From Mustelus asterias (lineage: Eukaryota), in NCBI RefSeq assembly GCF_964213995.1, contig NC_135805.1:57536001-57600000 (forward strand): 64,000 nucleotides of DNA. The letters are read 5' to 3'. A program made the position numbers and the translations under genes. Every line of letters starts with the position of its first letter. Position 1 is the stretch's first letter. The notes under the pieces were generated by a model. It saw only the letters and a list, made by a program, of their open reading frames with translations, had not been told where the DNA came from and did not search any database. This document shows, piece after piece, positions 61,211-64,000 of this stretch.

Positions 61211-63745
61211 TTCCCAACACACAATTCTGTAACACACTTGTTAAAGCCTAAAGTAACTTGCAAGGCTCTCTGAAAAGTCTTGAGAAGATCATATATTTAG
61301 TACTTATATCTTAGTTTTAATTAAACTATAAACAAAACATAGATTCGAAAATTCGACACTAGTTACAGGAGATAGGGCACCCGCTGAGCGAAGAAATTAC
61401 TGGGGTTACTGCTGCTTCTCTCAGTGCTGCTGCAGAGTTTTCAGCGTGCTTTTAGTCCAAAGCACTGAGCCTCACTAACTGATACATTGGCACTAAGGAG
61501 AAAGTGAAGACAACCCATGTCAGACAAAACTGCAGAAAAATAAGAACAGAAACAATACAACAAATGTAAGCAAATGAAAGTAGAGGAAATATTCATCCTC
61601 GAAGACAGAATGAACAGACCTATAATCAAGACACTCAATCCCTCATTTCCTTTTCAATAAACCAAAAAAAGCAACAAAAGATGGTGCTCTCATAGTGAGA
61701 ATTAATTGCACAGTCTTAACTTTTCTTTGCAGGGAAAATTAAAGATCTGCTCTTGCCAACACTTGAGCACAACCTTGCAGACACTTAAACGCAGAGGAGG
61801 GTGTGACATCCTGCCCTATCTGCCTCCCGCTAATTAATCACTCTGGTATTTAAGACCACTCAAGCAGGCAAATAAATGGAGAATAATTAGTGTATCTTTG
61901 TTCTGACCCAATTATGTTTGCAAGGCACTGAGGGGAAGTTGAAAACTTGGGAGAAATGGAGGTATTAGTATGCACAGCATCCCTTCTGTTATGCAAGTTC
62001 CGGGGAGATTAAGTGGAAAACCAAATTAGCAGACCTGTGACTGGGGTTAAGGCTCAGAAACACAGGGAGAACTCTCCTCTTTCTCCTTTCCTCCGTGCAT
62101 TATTACACAGTGTTTTCAACACCCAGACTCCCACTGAGATATTAATTTGCCATGGTCGTATTGGTAACATAGCTACGCCAAATCCAACACAAGTGCCAAA
62201 CTCAGTACATTTTTCAGTGTATTTAAATTGTACCTTTTTCCTATCTTAAGCCAATCATTATTATCGAGCTCTTTTAAAGCGGTGATTTAATGAAAAACAA
62301 AGCCATAACTTTTGACAACAGTGCAATGTGCATTTAAAAATAGTAAAGTTTCCCTCTGTTGCACATACAAAATAGAATAAATATAACTTATTTAAATAGT
62401 GTTCCCTCCATAGACTTTGGCATCTGCTAACAGGGTTGTTTGAGCACCTGAGAATTGGTTATGGTGCAGCTAATTTTAAAATTCACGATAATATTATGCT
62501 TTTTTTGTTATACTGGTTGTAAAGGTTACAATGCCAGCTCCTGATGGGAAATCCACATATTTGGATTCACTGAAAGGTCGTGCATTTTACTAACCATATG
62601 CTAAGCAAATCAGGAGACATGCATGCTTGTACACACATTCGCAAAAGTAACTGATGCTATGTTCACATATTAACTTTCTAAAAGCAGTCTCAAAGACAGA
62701 AAGGATGAGGGAGGGATGCAAAGGACTAGTTCACGGGTCCTTCCCAGCAGGAAAATGTCTTTATGCAGCTGCTGGTGGACAATTATTCTGACTTGCGATG
62801 CAAGATTGCCTCTTAGAGCTTTTCTCCCCCGGACATGATTTGTTTTTGGGGTTGCATCAGAGCCCAATTTTACTGTGAACATTTTGCAGCCAATGCCAAA
62901 AGCGTTGCTAATGGAGGTATTTAAATCCTACAGTGCCAATTATTTTGAAAGTAAAGAATTACTTTTCATGACAGTATGAGATGAAACATCTTCTCACATT
63001 TTCTTGCACGATGTATCAAAGTCAAGGGGGTGGAGATTCCACTCTGAGAACAATCGGCAATCTCCATGCAAATTGCACTTCAAATTGCATTGTTTTTTTC
63101 CCTAAGTAGTGGTCACGCCACTGCCCAAACTCGTGCGTAAGAAGGCAAACATAAAATCTTCCATGAACCAGTACAATCAAGCAGTGGAATAGAATGTGAA
63201 TATTCTTTATTTTTGTATTAAAAATTATTCATTGATTCATTTAAAAGTGATAACCCGATGCAGTTTTATCAAAACAGATGAAAACGGGTCTGTCATTTTA
63301 AAAATATATATTTTAATTCAGAGTTTCTGGTCAGAAATTGAATAATTTCATTTTAAATCACTGACTTAAAAGCTATGCTAAACCATTATTGATTAGTTTC
63401 ACTGGTGGACACTAGTCAGCTGCTTAGTAGGTTAGTATTTTAAAACTTTTATCACATGCCTATTAGTGCTCGTGTGCCTAAGAAACATTTAATTTTAAGC
63501 ATCCCCTCGAAAGGTTGTAAATGGGTATAATTACTGAAAATTTGCATACTCCTTATTTCAATCTGGGGCATGGCCAGAATTGTGGGTGGGATTGGCTTCA
63601 AGCACCATGTTTTTAATATCAGGATTTAAAGGTCATGGAACCACGGTATACGCTTGAAGTAACCTGTGTTTAAAACTCCATGAGTGCTTACACTGGTTTG
63701 GCCATTAGGGGCCACTTAGCAGAATCTTTAGGCCACAATTTAAGG

Positions 63746-64000
63746 TGAGGTGATGGCCCAGTGGTATTATCGCTGGACTATTAATCCAGAAACTCAGTGA
63801 GTGTTCTGGGGATCCAGCTTCGAATCCCGCCATGGCAGGTGGTGGAATTTGAATTCAATAAAGAAAATCTGGAATTAAGAATCTACTGATGACGATGAAA
63901 CAGTTGTTGATTGTCGGAAAAGCCCATCTGGTTCACTAATGTCCTTTAGGGAAGGAAATCTGCCATCCTTACCTGGTCTGGCCTACATGTGCCTCCAGAA
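63746..64000 (+). mobile_element. tRNA-derived SINE (family of 26621-26982), cut by the window end
   Basis: tggcccagtgg A-box, cttcgaatcc B-box, same core. Confidence 0.85.

Overview
64 kb of repeat-dense vertebrate DNA, intergenic or intronic. HE1-type V-SINEs, Deu-domain (SacSINE1-like) SINEs and many CR1/L2 LINEs point to a shark genome (inference). I find no intact cellular protein-coding gene. The only long ORF (476-2521, minus) is the reverse-transcriptase part of a young, 5'-truncated CR1 LINE with a CAATAA target-site duplication. Signals the ORF track misses: (1) an intronless, decayed cytochrome c retrocopy (22058-22377) inside a PIF/Harbinger-like transposon remnant, with no 3'UTR or poly(A) and a hairpin-bounded micro-inversion; (2) about ten short Penelope-like element (PLE) relics from two families, several with 11-14 bp TSDs and fold-back structure, carrying minimal type I hammerhead ribozyme motifs whose stem I covaries between copies; (3) Harbinger-like MITEs with an internal minisatellite and an NRF1-type palindrome; (4) a template-switch-like SINE rearrangement; (5) a cluster of perfect palindromes in unique DNA. 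Family names come from recalled consensus sequences, not database searches. Boundaries of old repeats are approximate.
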